Origin: Chitinophaga pinensis
GTDB lineage: Bacteria > Bacteroidota > Bacteroidia > NS11-12g > UBA955
Length of the DNA: 64,000 nucleotides
NCBI GenBank assembly: GCA_945888525.1
Contig: CAMDAF010000001.1
Location: forward strand, 160,059 to 224,058
Reading direction: 5' to 3'
Below are positions 50,799 through 61,425 of the stretch, piece by piece; position 1 is the stretch's first letter; each line of letters begins with the position of its first letter. The position numbers and the translations under genes are program-made. Under the pieces are notes generated by a model, which had not been told where the DNA came from, did not search any database, and was given only the letters and a program-made list of their open reading frames with translations.

Positions 50799-51983
50799 AT
50801 GAAAGCAAGAATTAAATCGTTAGCTAAGGAAATAAAATCAGAAGTAATTGGCATTAGGCAAAGCATCCACAGCAATCCGGAATTGTCTTTCCAAGAAGAA
50901 AACACAGCAAAATTGGTGGAAAACTATTTGCAAAGTTTGGGTCTTGAGACCCACAGAATTTCAGGAACTGGCGTTTGGGCAATGATTCAAGGTGGATTGG
51001 GGGAGGGCAAAACCATTGCATTGCGTGCTGATTTGGATGCTTTGCCAATACAAGAGTTAAGTAACAAGCCTTATGCCTCAAAAAACAATGGGATAATGCA
51101 TGCATGCGGTCACGATGTGCATACCAGTTCTTTGTTGGGAGCGGCCAAAATCCTAAACAGTCTAAGGGCTGAATTTAAAGGGGCCATAAAACTTGTTTTT
51201 CAGCCTGGTGAAGAAAAATTACCTGGTGGTGCAAGTCTTTTAATTAAAGAAGGTATTCTTGAAAATCCTAAAGTCGACGCTATAATAGGTCAACATGTAA
51301 TGCCTTTTCTTAACACCGGTAATGTTGGTTTCAGAAAAGGTCTATATATGGCAAGCACCGATGAAATATACATAACTATAAACGGTAAAGGGGGGCATGG
51401 TGCGATGCCTCATCTTTGTGTTGATCCAGTTGCTACCGCAGCTCAAGTGATTGTCTCTTTGCAACAAATAGTGAGCAGAAAGGCCAAACCAATTTTGCCA
51501 ACAGTATTAAGTTTTGGTAAAATTAATTCAAACGGAGGAGCAACCAATGTTATTCCAAATTCAGTGTCATTTGAAGGCACATTAAGGACTTTAGATGAAG
51601 AATGGAGGGGTCAGGCTAAGGTGCTAATAGAAAAGATTGTCAACAGCACAGCAGAAGCTTTTGGTGCCACGGCAGAAATAAGAATAGAACACGGTTATCC
51701 ATATTTGAAAAATGATGAACATTTTACCGCTGCGCTTTGGCAATTTGCAAATGATTACATGGGCGCTGAACATGTTGAATCCTTAGACATTTGGATGGCT
51801 GCAGAGGATTTTGCCTATTATAGTCAAGTTGTTCCTGCTTGCTTTTACCGATTAGGAACCAGAAATGAAGGTAAAGGCATTGTTTCTTCGGTGCACACCA
51901 ATACTTTTGATATTGATGAAAATGCGCTTGAAGATGGGTGTGGCCTTTTGGCATTTCTAGCTGTTTCGGCATTGAATAATTAA
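50799..51983 (+). CDS. M20D-family amidohydrolase (N-acyl-L-amino acid amidohydrolase/hippuricase-like)
   Basis: 394 aa; MHACGHD metal-binding motif and M20 layout. Confidence 0.85.
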   Translation: MKARIKSLAKEIKSEVIGIRQSIHSNPELSFQEENTAKLVENYLQSLGLETHRISGTGVWAMIQGGLGEGKTIALRADLDALPIQELSNKPYASKNNGIMHACGHDVHTSSLLGAAKILNSLRAEFKGAIKLVFQPGEEKLPGGASLLIKEGILENPKVDAIIGQHVMPFLNTGNVGFRKGLYMASTDEIYITINGKGGHGAMPHLCVDPVATAAQVIVSLQQIVSRKAKPILPTVLSFGKINSNGGATNVIPNSVSFEGTLRTLDEEWRGQAKVLIEKIVNSTAEAFGATAEIRIEHGYPYLKNDEHFTAALWQFANDYMGAEHVESLDIWMAAEDFAYYSQVVPACFYRLGTRNEGKGIVSSVHTNTFDIDENALEDGCGLLAFLAVSALNN

Positions 51984-52073
51984 TTTGATTTGCCCTTTAT
52001 AATGGAAATAAGGCCTTCGCTTGGTGGATATTTACAGTAATGCAGTCGGTTGTTTTTAATTAAATTTGTTTCA

Positions 52074-53141
52074 ATGAAATCTATTGCGATTATTACCGGA
52101 GGCAAATCACCTGAACACGACGTGGCAATTGTGTCTTCTCGAAATATTTTCAAAGCCCTCGACCACAACAAATACCATGTTAGTGTAATCGGTATTTCCA
52201 GAAAAGGAGAATGGTTTCATTTGCCAGAAGATGCTTTATTTGAGGAAGGTATTGAAATAGGGGCATCTGAACAGCATTTTCCTCTGTGTTTATTGCCCTT
52301 TGATGATCAACCAATAAGACACAAAGACAATATTGATATTGCAGTGTCTGTAGATGTGTTTTTTCCAATTGCTCATGGTGTTTATGGAGAAGATGGTTTA
52401 TTACAAGGTGTTCTCGAATACCTAAACCGTCCTTATGTTGGTCCGGGTGTTTTAGGTTCATCTATTGGCATGGATAAAGATGTGACCAAATTACTTTTGC
52501 AGCAAAATGGCATTCTGGTGACTCCATGGCAAACGTATTTCAAAGGAGATGAAATCAACTTTACAGAACTTGAAAAATTAGGTTATCCGTTATTCGTGAA
52601 ACCTGCCAATATGGGCAGTGGTGTTGGGGTTGAAAAGGCTAGTAATATTGATGAATTAAAACATGCCATCAAAATCGCTTTCGATTATGATATTAAGATT
52701 TTAATTGAAAAAGGAATTTCTGGTAGAGAAGTTGAAACTGCTGTATTGGGTAACTTAAAACCAGAAGCAAGTGGAGTAGGGGAAATCGTTGTAAATAGTG
52801 GCTTCTATACCTATGAAAACAAATATGTAAACAACGAAACAAAAGTCATTATCCCAGCTGAAAACTTAAATGAGGCTGCCGTTCAATTAATTCGCAGCAC
52901 AGCCTTGAAGGCCTATAGATGTTTACAATTAGAGGGTATGAGTAGGGTAGACTTCTTTTATGTGAGTGACAATGAATTCTATCTAAATGAAGTGAATACC
53001 TTGCCAGGATTTACCAATATAAGCATGTATCCAAAATTATGGGAAGCAGCAGGGTTATCTTATTCTAACTTACTAAGTAAATTGGTAGAAACCGCTGAGG
53101 AAAGATTTAATTTAAGAAATGAATTAAGAAGGGTTAGATAG
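52074..53141 (+). CDS. ddl: D-alanine--D-alanine ligase
   Basis: Start at MKSIAIITGG (internal to the tracked ORF); ATP-grasp motifs and a C-terminal EVNTLPGFT motif. Confidence 0.9.
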   Translation: MKSIAIITGGKSPEHDVAIVSSRNIFKALDHNKYHVSVIGISRKGEWFHLPEDALFEEGIEIGASEQHFPLCLLPFDDQPIRHKDNIDIAVSVDVFFPIAHGVYGEDGLLQGVLEYLNRPYVGPGVLGSSIGMDKDVTKLLLQQNGILVTPWQTYFKGDEINFTELEKLGYPLFVKPANMGSGVGVEKASNIDELKHAIKIAFDYDIKILIEKGISGREVETAVLGNLKPEASGVGEIVVNSGFYTYENKYVNNETKVIIPAENLNEAAVQLIRSTALKAYRCLQLEGMSRVDFFYVSDNEFYLNEVNTLPGFTNISMYPKLWEAAGLSYSNLLSKLVETAEERFNLRNELRRVR

Positions 53142-53147
53142 AAATAT

Positions 53148-53591
53148 CTACCAAGTATGGTCGACTATAATCTTCCAATCAGTCTCAACTTTTTTAAATA
53201 ACAAAGAGAAAAAACCGCTCGTATTATTGGTGCCTGTAATTTTCCATTGCCCAGTTACATTGGCAATTTTGTCGTTACCTGATATTTGGGTGAACACTAA
53301 AGAGTCAAAACTTAAATGCCCCATTTTTTCAATGCTGTTGTAGTTTTTTAGATAATTAGATTCAACAGATTTATAACTGAAGCGAACGCCCTTTCTGCCA
53401 ATGAATCTCAATGAGTCTGAATTCCAATAACCTTTCATGAAAGTTTTTATATCGCCTTTGTTCCAGGCACCCACTTGGCTATCCAAAACGACTTTAATGG
53501 ATTTGAAATCCTCTGCGGATAAATTTGTATTTACCTTTTTAGTGCAAGCAAATGAAAATAGAAGCAATGTCGTTATAAATAAAAACCTCAT
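53148..53591 (-). CDS. SnoaL/NTF2-like (DUF4440-type) secreted protein
   Basis: 147 aa; signal peptide/lipobox (SFAC); NTF2-like fold pattern; 4-nt overlap with the upstream amine oxidase gene. Confidence 0.5.
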   Translation of the reverse strand: MRFLFITTLLLFSFACTKKVNTNLSAEDFKSIKVVLDSQVGAWNKGDIKTFMKGYWNSDSLRFIGRKGVRFSYKSVESNYLKNYNSIEKMGHLSFDSLVFTQISGNDKIANVTGQWKITGTNNTSGFFSLLFKKVETDWKIIVDHTW

Positions 53592-54991
53592 ACTGACATT
53601 GAAATAATTTCTTTACCCACATTGTATGCTGTTTCTAAAGCACCGTGCACAGTACCACTGTTTTTGTTGGTGTTGCATGCTTCACCAGCAAAGAATATTT
53701 TTGAGTTTACAGATTTGGCTAACTCTTTTCTGGTTTCAGATTCTCCGCCCAATTTATGGTATGAAAATGCACCCTTAATAAAAGGTTCTTTACTCCAGTT
53801 TTTTACATGACATGAAACCAAAGAGTCAGATGCAGTTGTGCCAATGTAAGTAGCCCACTCGTTTTGAATTAGATTCAATATTTCTGATTCTCTCATTGAA
53901 TTCAATACATTTTCCGCGTATGCACCCATTACAGTTGCTGTCAGTATATATGAATTGTTTGCAGGGTCTTCACTTACAATCTCATATTTACCTATTTGGC
54001 CTTTGCAATAAATGGCTTTTGAATCTTCATGCCAAAATTTCCTATTGGTTTTTAGAGCGATTTTGATTGCCCCATCCATACCAATTTTATTCATTGCCGC
54101 AATTTTTGATTCTGGTAAAGTAGGAAGAAATTTAATTGAATTTACATCATCACTTTGTAATTTCAATATCGAAATTGGAACGGTCACAACCACATAATCA
54201 TATTCTCTTAATACTTGATTTTGATCCCGTACTTTTACTTTGCTTCCTGAATAATCGATAGCACTAATAGCAGTATTGTTTAAAACATAAGGCAATATTT
54301 TGCTGTATTCTCTGTACAAGATTTTATCACTGTTGGTGCCTGAAATTTGGTACATGTTTGAATCGATTTTACTCAAACCTTCACCTGAATTTAATGCAAT
54401 TGATGCGCGTTCAATACTGGTGCCGATTTTTTCTTCTGACCTGTTTTGGAAAATAAACTTAACACGCTCAGGTATATTCTTAGATTCAATATACTGAGCA
54501 ACAGAAACCTCTGCACTGCCATTGTAATCGCATACATCTTTGGTAGAGTTAATCATTTTTAAATAATCTGAATCTTGATTTAATTCGGTCAAATTAAATG
54601 AATTGCCATTGATGTAATACGAAGTGGGGCTTTTTGAATTTGTTTCTAAAGTTTGTGCTGACCTTAACATATCATACCATTGATTCTGATTTCCATAGGC
54701 GGCAGATGCACCCATTTCAATATTGTATGAGCCAAATACTTGTTCGTCTAAATTGATTCTTCCGCCTATTTTGTCGCTAGCTTCAAGTATTTCAACATCA
54801 AATTGGTTTTGCTCAAATAAAATTTTTGCAGTCTGTAAACCTGAAATTCCTGCACCAATGATTCCGACTCTAAGTTTCTTTTTGGGAGCAATGATTTCAC
54901 TCTTGCTACATGAGCTTAAGAGTATGCTAGCCAATGACATAGCTGGCAAAGCCATCGCAGTGATTTTAATAAATTCTCTTCGTGTTTGCAT
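53588..54991 (-). CDS. Tat-exported flavin-containing amine oxidase (FAD-dependent; MAO/L-amino-acid oxidase/protoporphyrinogen oxidase superfamily) lipoprotein
   Basis: 467 aa; twin-arginine motif TRREFIK; lipobox LSSCS; Rossmann GIIGAGISGL...E.....GGR FAD-binding start; C-terminal FFAGEA motif. Confidence 0.75.
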   Translation of the reverse strand: MQTRREFIKITAMALPAMSLASILLSSCSKSEIIAPKKKLRVGIIGAGISGLQTAKILFEQNQFDVEILEASDKIGGRINLDEQVFGSYNIEMGASAAYGNQNQWYDMLRSAQTLETNSKSPTSYYINGNSFNLTELNQDSDYLKMINSTKDVCDYNGSAEVSVAQYIESKNIPERVKFIFQNRSEEKIGTSIERASIALNSGEGLSKIDSNMYQISGTNSDKILYREYSKILPYVLNNTAISAIDYSGSKVKVRDQNQVLREYDYVVVTVPISILKLQSDDVNSIKFLPTLPESKIAAMNKIGMDGAIKIALKTNRKFWHEDSKAIYCKGQIGKYEIVSEDPANNSYILTATVMGAYAENVLNSMRESEILNLIQNEWATYIGTTASDSLVSCHVKNWSKEPFIKGAFSYHKLGGESETRKELAKSVNSKIFFAGEACNTNKNSGTVHGALETAYNVGKEIISMSV

Positions 54992-55085
54992 TTGTGTATA
55001 ACGCAGTGATAGTTTTGTATCTTTGCAAAGATAAGGTAAAAAATACTAGATTTAAAAATAGTAAGTAAAAATACTTAGTGATTAA

Positions 55086-56129
55086 ATGCAAAAATTTGAT
55101 AATCTGATAGTTGGTGCTGGCTTAGCAGGTGTTTGGACAGCCTACAGATTTATGCAAGAAAATAAAACTTTTGTACTTTTAGATCTTAAAGAAAAAAACA
55201 CCTCCTCACGTGTCGCAGCAGGTATTTACAATCCTTTATTGGCAAAAAGACAAAAGGTTTCTTACAATGCTAAAAATTTGTATCCTAATCTTTATTCAAA
55301 TTACCATGAATTGGAAGTTTTGTTGCAAGAAAAGTTTTGCTACAAGCACCACGTTTCATACATTATCGAAAATTTACGTGAACTAAATGATTGGGCCTCA
55401 TTGTCGGATTCAGATTGGTTCAGCGATTTTGTAAGGGTTAAAAATGAAAGAATATCTGACCTCGTGGTTTCAGACTTTGGATACATCGATATTCTCGATT
55501 CCGGATGGGTGGATATACCTCTTTTTTTAGATGCTTTTTTGTCTAAAATCCATGCGCCAAACATGTTTTTAAACCAAGCATTTGATGACAATTCTTTAGT
55601 TGTTAACCAGGATAATTTCCAATATGAAGATTTTCTTTTTAACCATGTGGTCTTTTGTCAAGGTACGGCAATTGATCAAAATAAATATACTTCAAATATA
55701 CGATTAAAGCCTGCAAAAGGAGAGATTTTGACCATTGAATCCCAGGAGCATCTCTCACAAATGATTCCTCAAAATGGCGTATTTTTATTGCCAGTTTCTG
55801 AGAAAAAATACAAAGTTGGTTCAAATTTTACTTGGGACAACTTAGACAACATTCCAAGTGAATCAGCCAAATTGGAGATTATTCAAAAGTTATGCAAATG
55901 GTATAAAGCGCCATTCGAAATAACAAACCATGTAGCCGGAGTGAGGCCATCTTCCCTAGACAGAAGACCAATACTTGGACGCTTGGATTTTCATCCTAAG
56001 GCCTTTGTTTTAAATGGATTTGGTTCCAAAGGCGTATCGCATGCACCATATTACAGTAAAATGCTTTCTAGGCTAATTTACGGTGATGTAAATGTAGACA
56101 AAGACGTCGATGTAAGCAGATTTAAATAG
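55086..56129 (+). CDS. FAD-dependent oxidoreductase (DAO family, MnmC C-terminal-domain-like)
   Basis: 347 aa; N-terminal dinucleotide-binding motif LIVGAGLAGVW; DAO-like length and organisation. Confidence 0.6.
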   Translation: MQKFDNLIVGAGLAGVWTAYRFMQENKTFVLLDLKEKNTSSRVAAGIYNPLLAKRQKVSYNAKNLYPNLYSNYHELEVLLQEKFCYKHHVSYIIENLRELNDWASLSDSDWFSDFVRVKNERISDLVVSDFGYIDILDSGWVDIPLFLDAFLSKIHAPNMFLNQAFDDNSLVVNQDNFQYEDFLFNHVVFCQGTAIDQNKYTSNIRLKPAKGEILTIESQEHLSQMIPQNGVFLLPVSEKKYKVGSNFTWDNLDNIPSESAKLEIIQKLCKWYKAPFEITNHVAGVRPSSLDRRPILGRLDFHPKAFVLNGFGSKGVSHAPYYSKMLSRLIYGDVNVDKDVDVSRFK

Positions 56130-56850
56130 CCAACAGAACACAAGATTTTTCACTTGCTATTTCTTCTGCAATCTTTTTAGAATGGTTTTTACCGGTTACA
56201 AGTTCTTCTCCATCTAATAAAATAGAAACTTCGTAAATCTTTCGTTTGTGTTCAATGTCAACACTTTTCAAATTGAAATCAATTATTCTTTTTTCCTTTT
56301 GTGCCCATTTTACAAGTTTGGCCTTATAACTCAATTCTTGCAAGAGCAATGCTTCAAAATCTATATGCTGCTCTAAAATTTTATTAATTATAAATATTTT
56401 AGTAAATTCAAATCCTTTGTCTAAATAGATAGCACCGACTAATGATTCGAAAGCATTTCCTGAGATAGAATCCAAAAATACTGGATTGTTTTTAAGCTTA
56501 CTGTCAAACAACAAAATCTGGTGTATCCCCATTTTTCTTGCAATTTGATTTAACTTCGTCCTTCCTACAATTTTTGACCTGGTTTCGGTTAGGAAACCTT
56601 CATTTTGATATGGGAATTTTAAATACAATTTCTCAGCCACTATCATGCCAAGAACGGCGTCGCCAAGGAATTCTAAACGTTCATTATTGCCCGTTTTGGA
56701 ATCTTTACTTAAATGGTGTTTAAAAGAATTATGGGTTATTGCAACCTTGTACAGACTAATATTACTAGGATAAAATCCAAGTATATTGTAAAGCTTTTGA
56801 TAAAGTTTTTTGTCTTTTGAAAAATTGGCTTTAAAAAAATCTAAAATCAA
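56122..56850 (-). CDS. rnc: Ribonuclease III
   Basis: 242 aa; ERLEFLGDAVL RNase III signature and C-terminal dsRBD. Confidence 0.9.
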   Translation of the reverse strand: MILDFFKANFSKDKKLYQKLYNILGFYPSNISLYKVAITHNSFKHHLSKDSKTGNNERLEFLGDAVLGMIVAEKLYLKFPYQNEGFLTETRSKIVGRTKLNQIARKMGIHQILLFDSKLKNNPVFLDSISGNAFESLVGAIYLDKGFEFTKIFIINKILEQHIDFEALLLQELSYKAKLVKWAQKEKRIIDFNLKSVDIEHKRKIYEVSILLDGEELVTGKNHSKKIAEEIASEKSCVLLAI

Positions 56851-56871
56851 ATTACATTTCTGTTTTAATGA

Positions 56872-58119
56872 TTAGATCTTTTTGAATATCACTGACGCAT
56901 TGTGTCCACCGAATCCAAACGTATTGCTGATTGCAACTTTAATGTCTCTCTTTTGAGCGGTATTAAATGTTAGGTTCAGTTTTGAATCGATGTTTTCATC
57001 ATCCGTAAAATGGTTAATCGTTGGAGGCACCAAGCTATGTTGCATAGCCATAATTGACGCTACGGCCTCAACAGCACCTGCACCGCCAAGAAGGTGACCA
57101 GTCATCGACTTAGTTGAGCTGATATTAAGTTTGTATGCTTGTTCTCCAAAAACAGACTGAATGGCTTTTAATTCTGCGATGTCTCCCAATGGAGTCGAAG
57201 TGCCATGAACATTAATGTAATCAATATCATTAATGTTTAAATTGGCCTCTTCTAATGCCCAATTCATGCATCTTATAACGCCCAATCCTTCCGGATGTGG
57301 GGCAGTCATATGGTAGGCATCCGCACTCATTCCTGTTCCGACAACCTCACAATAAATGCGCGCGCCTCTTGATATTGCATGCTCGTATTCTTCCAATACT
57401 AAAGCAGCAGAACCTTCGCCTAAAACAAACCCATCTCTATCTTTATCGAAAGGACGCGATGCAGTTTTAGGTGAATCATTTCTTTCACTTAATGCTTTCA
57501 TGCTGGTAAAACCACCAACTGCTGGTTCGTTCACACTAGCTTCTGATCCGCCTGTAATGATTACAGGGCTTTTGCCTAACCGTATTAAATTGAATGCATC
57601 GATTAAGGCGTTGTTACTTGATGCGCAAGCTGATACTGTCGTATAGTTTGGGCCACCAAATCCATATTTTATACTCACCAAACCACCAGCAATGTCGGAT
57701 ATCATTTTGGTGATAAAGAAAGGAGAGAATCTTGGCGTGCCATCGCCTGTTGCAAAATCAGCACTTTCATGAAAAAAGGAGGTTAATCCCCCAATTCCCG
57801 AACCCCAAATTACACCGACTCTTGTTTTGTCAATTTTTTCAAGATCTAAACCTGAGTCTTTAATGGCTTCTTCTGTTGTTACGTTGGCAAATTGAGCAAA
57901 GCGATCCATTTTTCTAGCTTCTTTGCGGTCCATGAAATTTTCAGGATTGAAATTTTTCACTTCACAAGCAAAATTGGCTTTGAACTTGGTCGTATCGAAG
58001 AGCGTAATCTTGTCGGCTCCACTTACACCATTGGCCAATCCATTCCAATACGATTGGAGGTCGTTGCCCAATGGCGTAAGGGCTCCCATTCCTGTAACTA
58101 CTACACGTTTAAATTGCAT
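56872..58119 (-). CDS. fabF: 3-oxoacyl-ACP synthase II
   Basis: 415 aa; active-site Cys in TVSACASS and the two His of the Cys-His-His triad (HGTSTP, GHLLGGAG). Confidence 0.95.
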   Translation of the reverse strand: MQFKRVVVTGMGALTPLGNDLQSYWNGLANGVSGADKITLFDTTKFKANFACEVKNFNPENFMDRKEARKMDRFAQFANVTTEEAIKDSGLDLEKIDKTRVGVIWGSGIGGLTSFFHESADFATGDGTPRFSPFFITKMISDIAGGLVSIKYGFGGPNYTTVSACASSNNALIDAFNLIRLGKSPVIITGGSEASVNEPAVGGFTSMKALSERNDSPKTASRPFDKDRDGFVLGEGSAALVLEEYEHAISRGARIYCEVVGTGMSADAYHMTAPHPEGLGVIRCMNWALEEANLNINDIDYINVHGTSTPLGDIAELKAIQSVFGEQAYKLNISSTKSMTGHLLGGAGAVEAVASIMAMQHSLVPPTINHFTDDENIDSKLNLTFNTAQKRDIKVAISNTFGFGGHNASVIFKKI

Positions 58120-58140
58120 GTATATGTTATAGGATAAAAA

Positions 58141-58377
58141 TTACTTAGAGTTGTTTTCGATGTATGAAATCGCATCGCCAACAGTACCGATTTTTTCGGC
58201 TTGCTCATCAGGAATTGCAATGTTGAATTCTTTTTCAAATTCCATAATCAATTCAACTGTATCTAATGAATCTGCACCTAGGTCGTTAGTGAAACTCGCT
58301 TCTGGTGTTACTTCGCTTTCTTCAACTCCTAATTTGTCAACGATGATTGACTTTACTTTTTCTGCTACTTCTGACAT
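58141..58377 (-). CDS. acpP: Acyl carrier protein
   Basis: 78 aa; phosphopantetheine attachment motif [11 protein letters not shown]. Confidence 0.97.
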   Translation of the reverse strand: MSEVAEKVKSIIVDKLGVEESEVTPEASFTNDLGADSLDTVELIMEFEKEFNIAIPDEQAEKIGTVGDAISYIENNSK

Positions 58378-58542
58378 GATGTATTTTTTTTTGTTGGTGC
58401 AAATAACTATATTTTTGAAATAAAATCACAATTTTTTTTCAAAAATTTATTAGTCCTATGTCCTAACTCATAAATATTGATGCCCTCTTTGCTGTTATTA
58501 AAGATAAATTTCAAGAGATTTAGTTTATTTTTGAATGTTTAA

Positions 58543-59808
58543 ATGAAATATCCAATCTCTTTTCTACTCATTATATTTATTTCTACGAACCTTTTTGGCC
58601 AAGATTCAATCTATACCCACAAAATTATTGAAGCACTTTGCAGCAATAAAATGTCTGGCAGAGCTTATGTCAAGCGTGGCGACCAAGTTGCAGCCAATTA
58701 TATTGCGAAAGAGTTTAATGCTATAGGATTAAGCAAATTTGGAAAAGATTATTTTCAAGAATTCACCTTTTCTGTCAATACTTTTCCAAGTCAAATGGAA
58801 GTGAAATACAACGGTAGAGTGCTGATACCCGGAATAGAATACCTTGTTGACCCCGCTTCTCCTTCAATTGATTTTCATGGGAAAGTTAAATATGTTGGTA
58901 TAAAATCGCTCGATTCTAATACCCATTATGACCATTGGGGATCCAAAATCCATTCAGCAGTGATTGATACTTTTACAAGTAAATATTATAGTGATGCGGC
59001 AATTAACTTAAAACAATACACCTCAGATCAGAGAAATTTGCTACTTGTAAAGCTAAGCAATGAAAAATTAACCTGGTCGTGCAGCCAAAAACAATCTAAA
59101 GTCCCAGTTATTACTTTAAAATCAGAAGTCTTCAATAGAAACGAAACGGCCAATTTTGAAATACAAATTAAAAATAAGTTTATCCCTAAATATGTGTCAA
59201 GAAATGTCATCGGTTTTATAGAAGGAACTAAATTTAAAGATAGTTTCATATATGTCACCGCCCACTATGACCATTTGGGAATGATGGGTAGTAGTACCAT
59301 GTTTCCTGGCGCTAATGACAATGCAAGCGGTATTGCAATGATGCTCAACTTAGCAAAGTATTTCAAAATCAATAAACCAAAATACTCAATTGTCTTTATA
59401 GCCTTTTCTGGTGAAGAAGCTGGCCTAATTGGTTCCCATCACTATGTCGAAAATCCATTGACACCTTTATCTGATATTAAGTTTTTAGTCAATTTAGATC
59501 TAATGGCCAATGGGGCTGAGGGGGTAATGGTTGTCAATGGCACAATAAATCCTTCCGAGTTTCAATTGCTTAAAACCATTAATGACAAAGAAAAATATTT
59601 GCCTGAGGTTAAAATCAGAGGCAAGGCCGCCAACAGCGACCATTATTGGTTTGCCCAATCGGGCGTGCCTGCATTTTTCTTTTATTTAATGGGGCCATAC
59701 CCATTTTACCACGATGTTAATGATCAGGCTACAGCATTGCCGCTAACTAATTTTGAGCAAGCGTTTATGCTGTTTCAGTCGTTTATTTCGCAACTTCAAA
59801 ATCAATAA
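58543..59808 (+). CDS. M28-family zinc peptidase (secreted)
   Basis: 421 aa; signal peptide; zinc ligand motifs TAHYDH, NDNASG, SGEEAG. Confidence 0.8.
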   Translation: MKYPISFLLIIFISTNLFGQDSIYTHKIIEALCSNKMSGRAYVKRGDQVAANYIAKEFNAIGLSKFGKDYFQEFTFSVNTFPSQMEVKYNGRVLIPGIEYLVDPASPSIDFHGKVKYVGIKSLDSNTHYDHWGSKIHSAVIDTFTSKYYSDAAINLKQYTSDQRNLLLVKLSNEKLTWSCSQKQSKVPVITLKSEVFNRNETANFEIQIKNKFIPKYVSRNVIGFIEGTKFKDSFIYVTAHYDHLGMMGSSTMFPGANDNASGIAMMLNLAKYFKINKPKYSIVFIAFSGEEAGLIGSHHYVENPLTPLSDIKFLVNLDLMANGAEGVMVVNGTINPSEFQLLKTINDKEKYLPEVKIRGKAANSDHYWFAQSGVPAFFFYLMGPYPFYHDVNDQATALPLTNFEQAFMLFQSFISQLQNQ

Positions 59809-59854
59809 TTTGCTCAAAATCAAAACTTTCACCTACCCAAATGAGGCATCAGTA

Positions 59855-60091
59855 ATGATGGCGTTTCTAGATGCACAAGGCATTCAAGCTGTTTTGAACA
59901 ATGCCATCAACACCCAAGTAGATCCGATGCTCTCAAATGCGCTTGGAGGAGTTCAGTTGTTTGTGCCTAATTCTCAAGCCGAATTGGCCATTGCTTTGTT
60001 GCGCGAAAATGGTTTTGATATAGGCTACGAATCAACTGAAAATAAATTGGTGTCCTGGATCAATAAATTAATGGCTGGTAAAAAGAAATGA
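59855..60091 (+). CDS. DUF2007-family small protein
   Basis: Start placed at the internal MMAFLDAQGIQAV, because the tracked ORF start would overlap the M28 gene by ~55 nt; pattern of the DUF2007 putative signalling domain. Confidence 0.4.
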   Translation: MMAFLDAQGIQAVLNNAINTQVDPMLSNALGGVQLFVPNSQAELAIALLRENGFDIGYESTENKLVSWINKLMAGKKK

Positions 60092-60180
60092 ATGTAAGGC
60101 ATTCTAAAAGCTTGGATGATTTTTCAATTTGAATCTTTCAAATTGGATATCCTGTTAAATTAATTGTTTTCATTAATACA

Positions 60181-60216
60181 AAAAAAAGCCCAAGCAGAAA
60201 TATGCTTGAGCTTTTG
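60181..60216. terminator. Bidirectional terminator between the convergent DUF2007 and metB/metC-like genes
   Basis: A-run, then stem ccaagca/tgcttgag, then T-run, so a terminator-like structure is present on both strands. Confidence 0.4.
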
Positions 60217-60235
60217 TAACGATATCTTAAAAGGT

Positions 60236-61381
60236 TTATACCTTAGAAAGGGCTAATTCAATGTCAGCAATCAAATCTTCAATATCTTCAACACCAACGC
60301 TTAATCGCAATAAACCATCTACAACACCAGCCTTTTCTCTCTCTTCTTTAGGGATACTGGCATGGGTCATACTTGCAGGGTGGTTTACCAAACTTTCGAC
60401 TCCACCCAATGATTCTGCTAAGGTGAAAATTTCTACATTGGTGGCAAAACGCATGGCCGCTTCAAAATCGTCACCTTTCAAAGTAAATGAAACCATACCG
60501 CCAAAGCCGCGCATTTGTTTTTTAGCGATTTCATGACCTGCGGCATCTTCAAAACCTGGCCAGTATACTTTTCCAATTTTAGGATGGTTTCTTAAGTAAT
60601 GGGCAACCTGTTTTCCATTTTCGCAGTGCGCTTTCATTCTCAAATGCAAAGTTTTAATCCCTCTAATTACAAGGAAGCTATCCATAGGGCCGGGGTTGGC
60701 GCCACAGCTATTTAAAATAAACGCCAGGCGCTCATGTAAAGTTTGATCCTTTGTTACCAAAGCACCCATTACCACATCGCTGTGGCCGCCTAGATATTTT
60801 GTCGCACTGTGCATGACGATATCTGCACCTAAGTCTAATGGGTTTTGTAGATATGGAGAGGCAAAAGTATTGTCAATAGCTAATATTAAATTGTGCTTTT
60901 TTGCAAGGGTCGCTACTGCTTCAATATCAACTATCTTTAATGTCGGATTGGTTGGGGTTTCAGCCCAAATTAATTTGGTGTTTGAGTTGATATACTTTTC
61001 GATATTGCTTGCATCGTATAAATCAATATAATGAAACTTTATTCCAAATGGTTCGTATATTTTAGAAAACATTCTGTATGAACCACCGTAAATATCATCG
61101 CCAGTAATAACCTCGTCACCTGGCTTCATTAACTTGATCACTGCATCTACAGCACCCATTCCACTGCTAAAACAAAGCGCATTTGTGCCGTTTTCTAGCG
61201 CTGCTAAATTGTTTTCCAATTGTGTTCTGGTCGGGTTTTTACCGCGCGCATAGGCATAGCCCTTGTGTTTGCCAGGATATTCTTGAACAAAAGTAGACGT
61301 TTGAAAGATTGGAGTCATAATCGCTCCAGTAGTAGGATCTGGTTCTATGCCCGCATGCAAGGCTTTGGTTCCGAATTTCAT
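60236..61381 (-). CDS. Cys/Met-metabolism PLP-dependent enzyme (cystathionine gamma-synthase/beta-lyase/methionine gamma-lyase family)
   Basis: 381 aa; PLP-lysine motif SATKYLGGHSD. Confidence 0.85.
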   Translation of the reverse strand: MKFGTKALHAGIEPDPTTGAIMTPIFQTSTFVQEYPGKHKGYAYARGKNPTRTQLENNLAALENGTNALCFSSGMGAVDAVIKLMKPGDEVITGDDIYGGSYRMFSKIYEPFGIKFHYIDLYDASNIEKYINSNTKLIWAETPTNPTLKIVDIEAVATLAKKHNLILAIDNTFASPYLQNPLDLGADIVMHSATKYLGGHSDVVMGALVTKDQTLHERLAFILNSCGANPGPMDSFLVIRGIKTLHLRMKAHCENGKQVAHYLRNHPKIGKVYWPGFEDAAGHEIAKKQMRGFGGMVSFTLKGDDFEAAMRFATNVEIFTLAESLGGVESLVNHPASMTHASIPKEEREKAGVVDGLLRLSVGVEDIEDLIADIELALSKV

Positions 61382-61425
61382 ATTGCAGCAAAAATACGGA
61401 ATTCGTAAATATCTAAAGTTAATAT

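Noticed and set aside
59753-59854. N-terminal extension of the DUF2007 ORF overlapping the end of the M28 peptidase gene
   Set aside because: The 34-residue extension (MSKRLCCFSRLFRNF...) is out of character for the family and overlaps the upstream gene by ~55 nt. The internal Met start is preferred.
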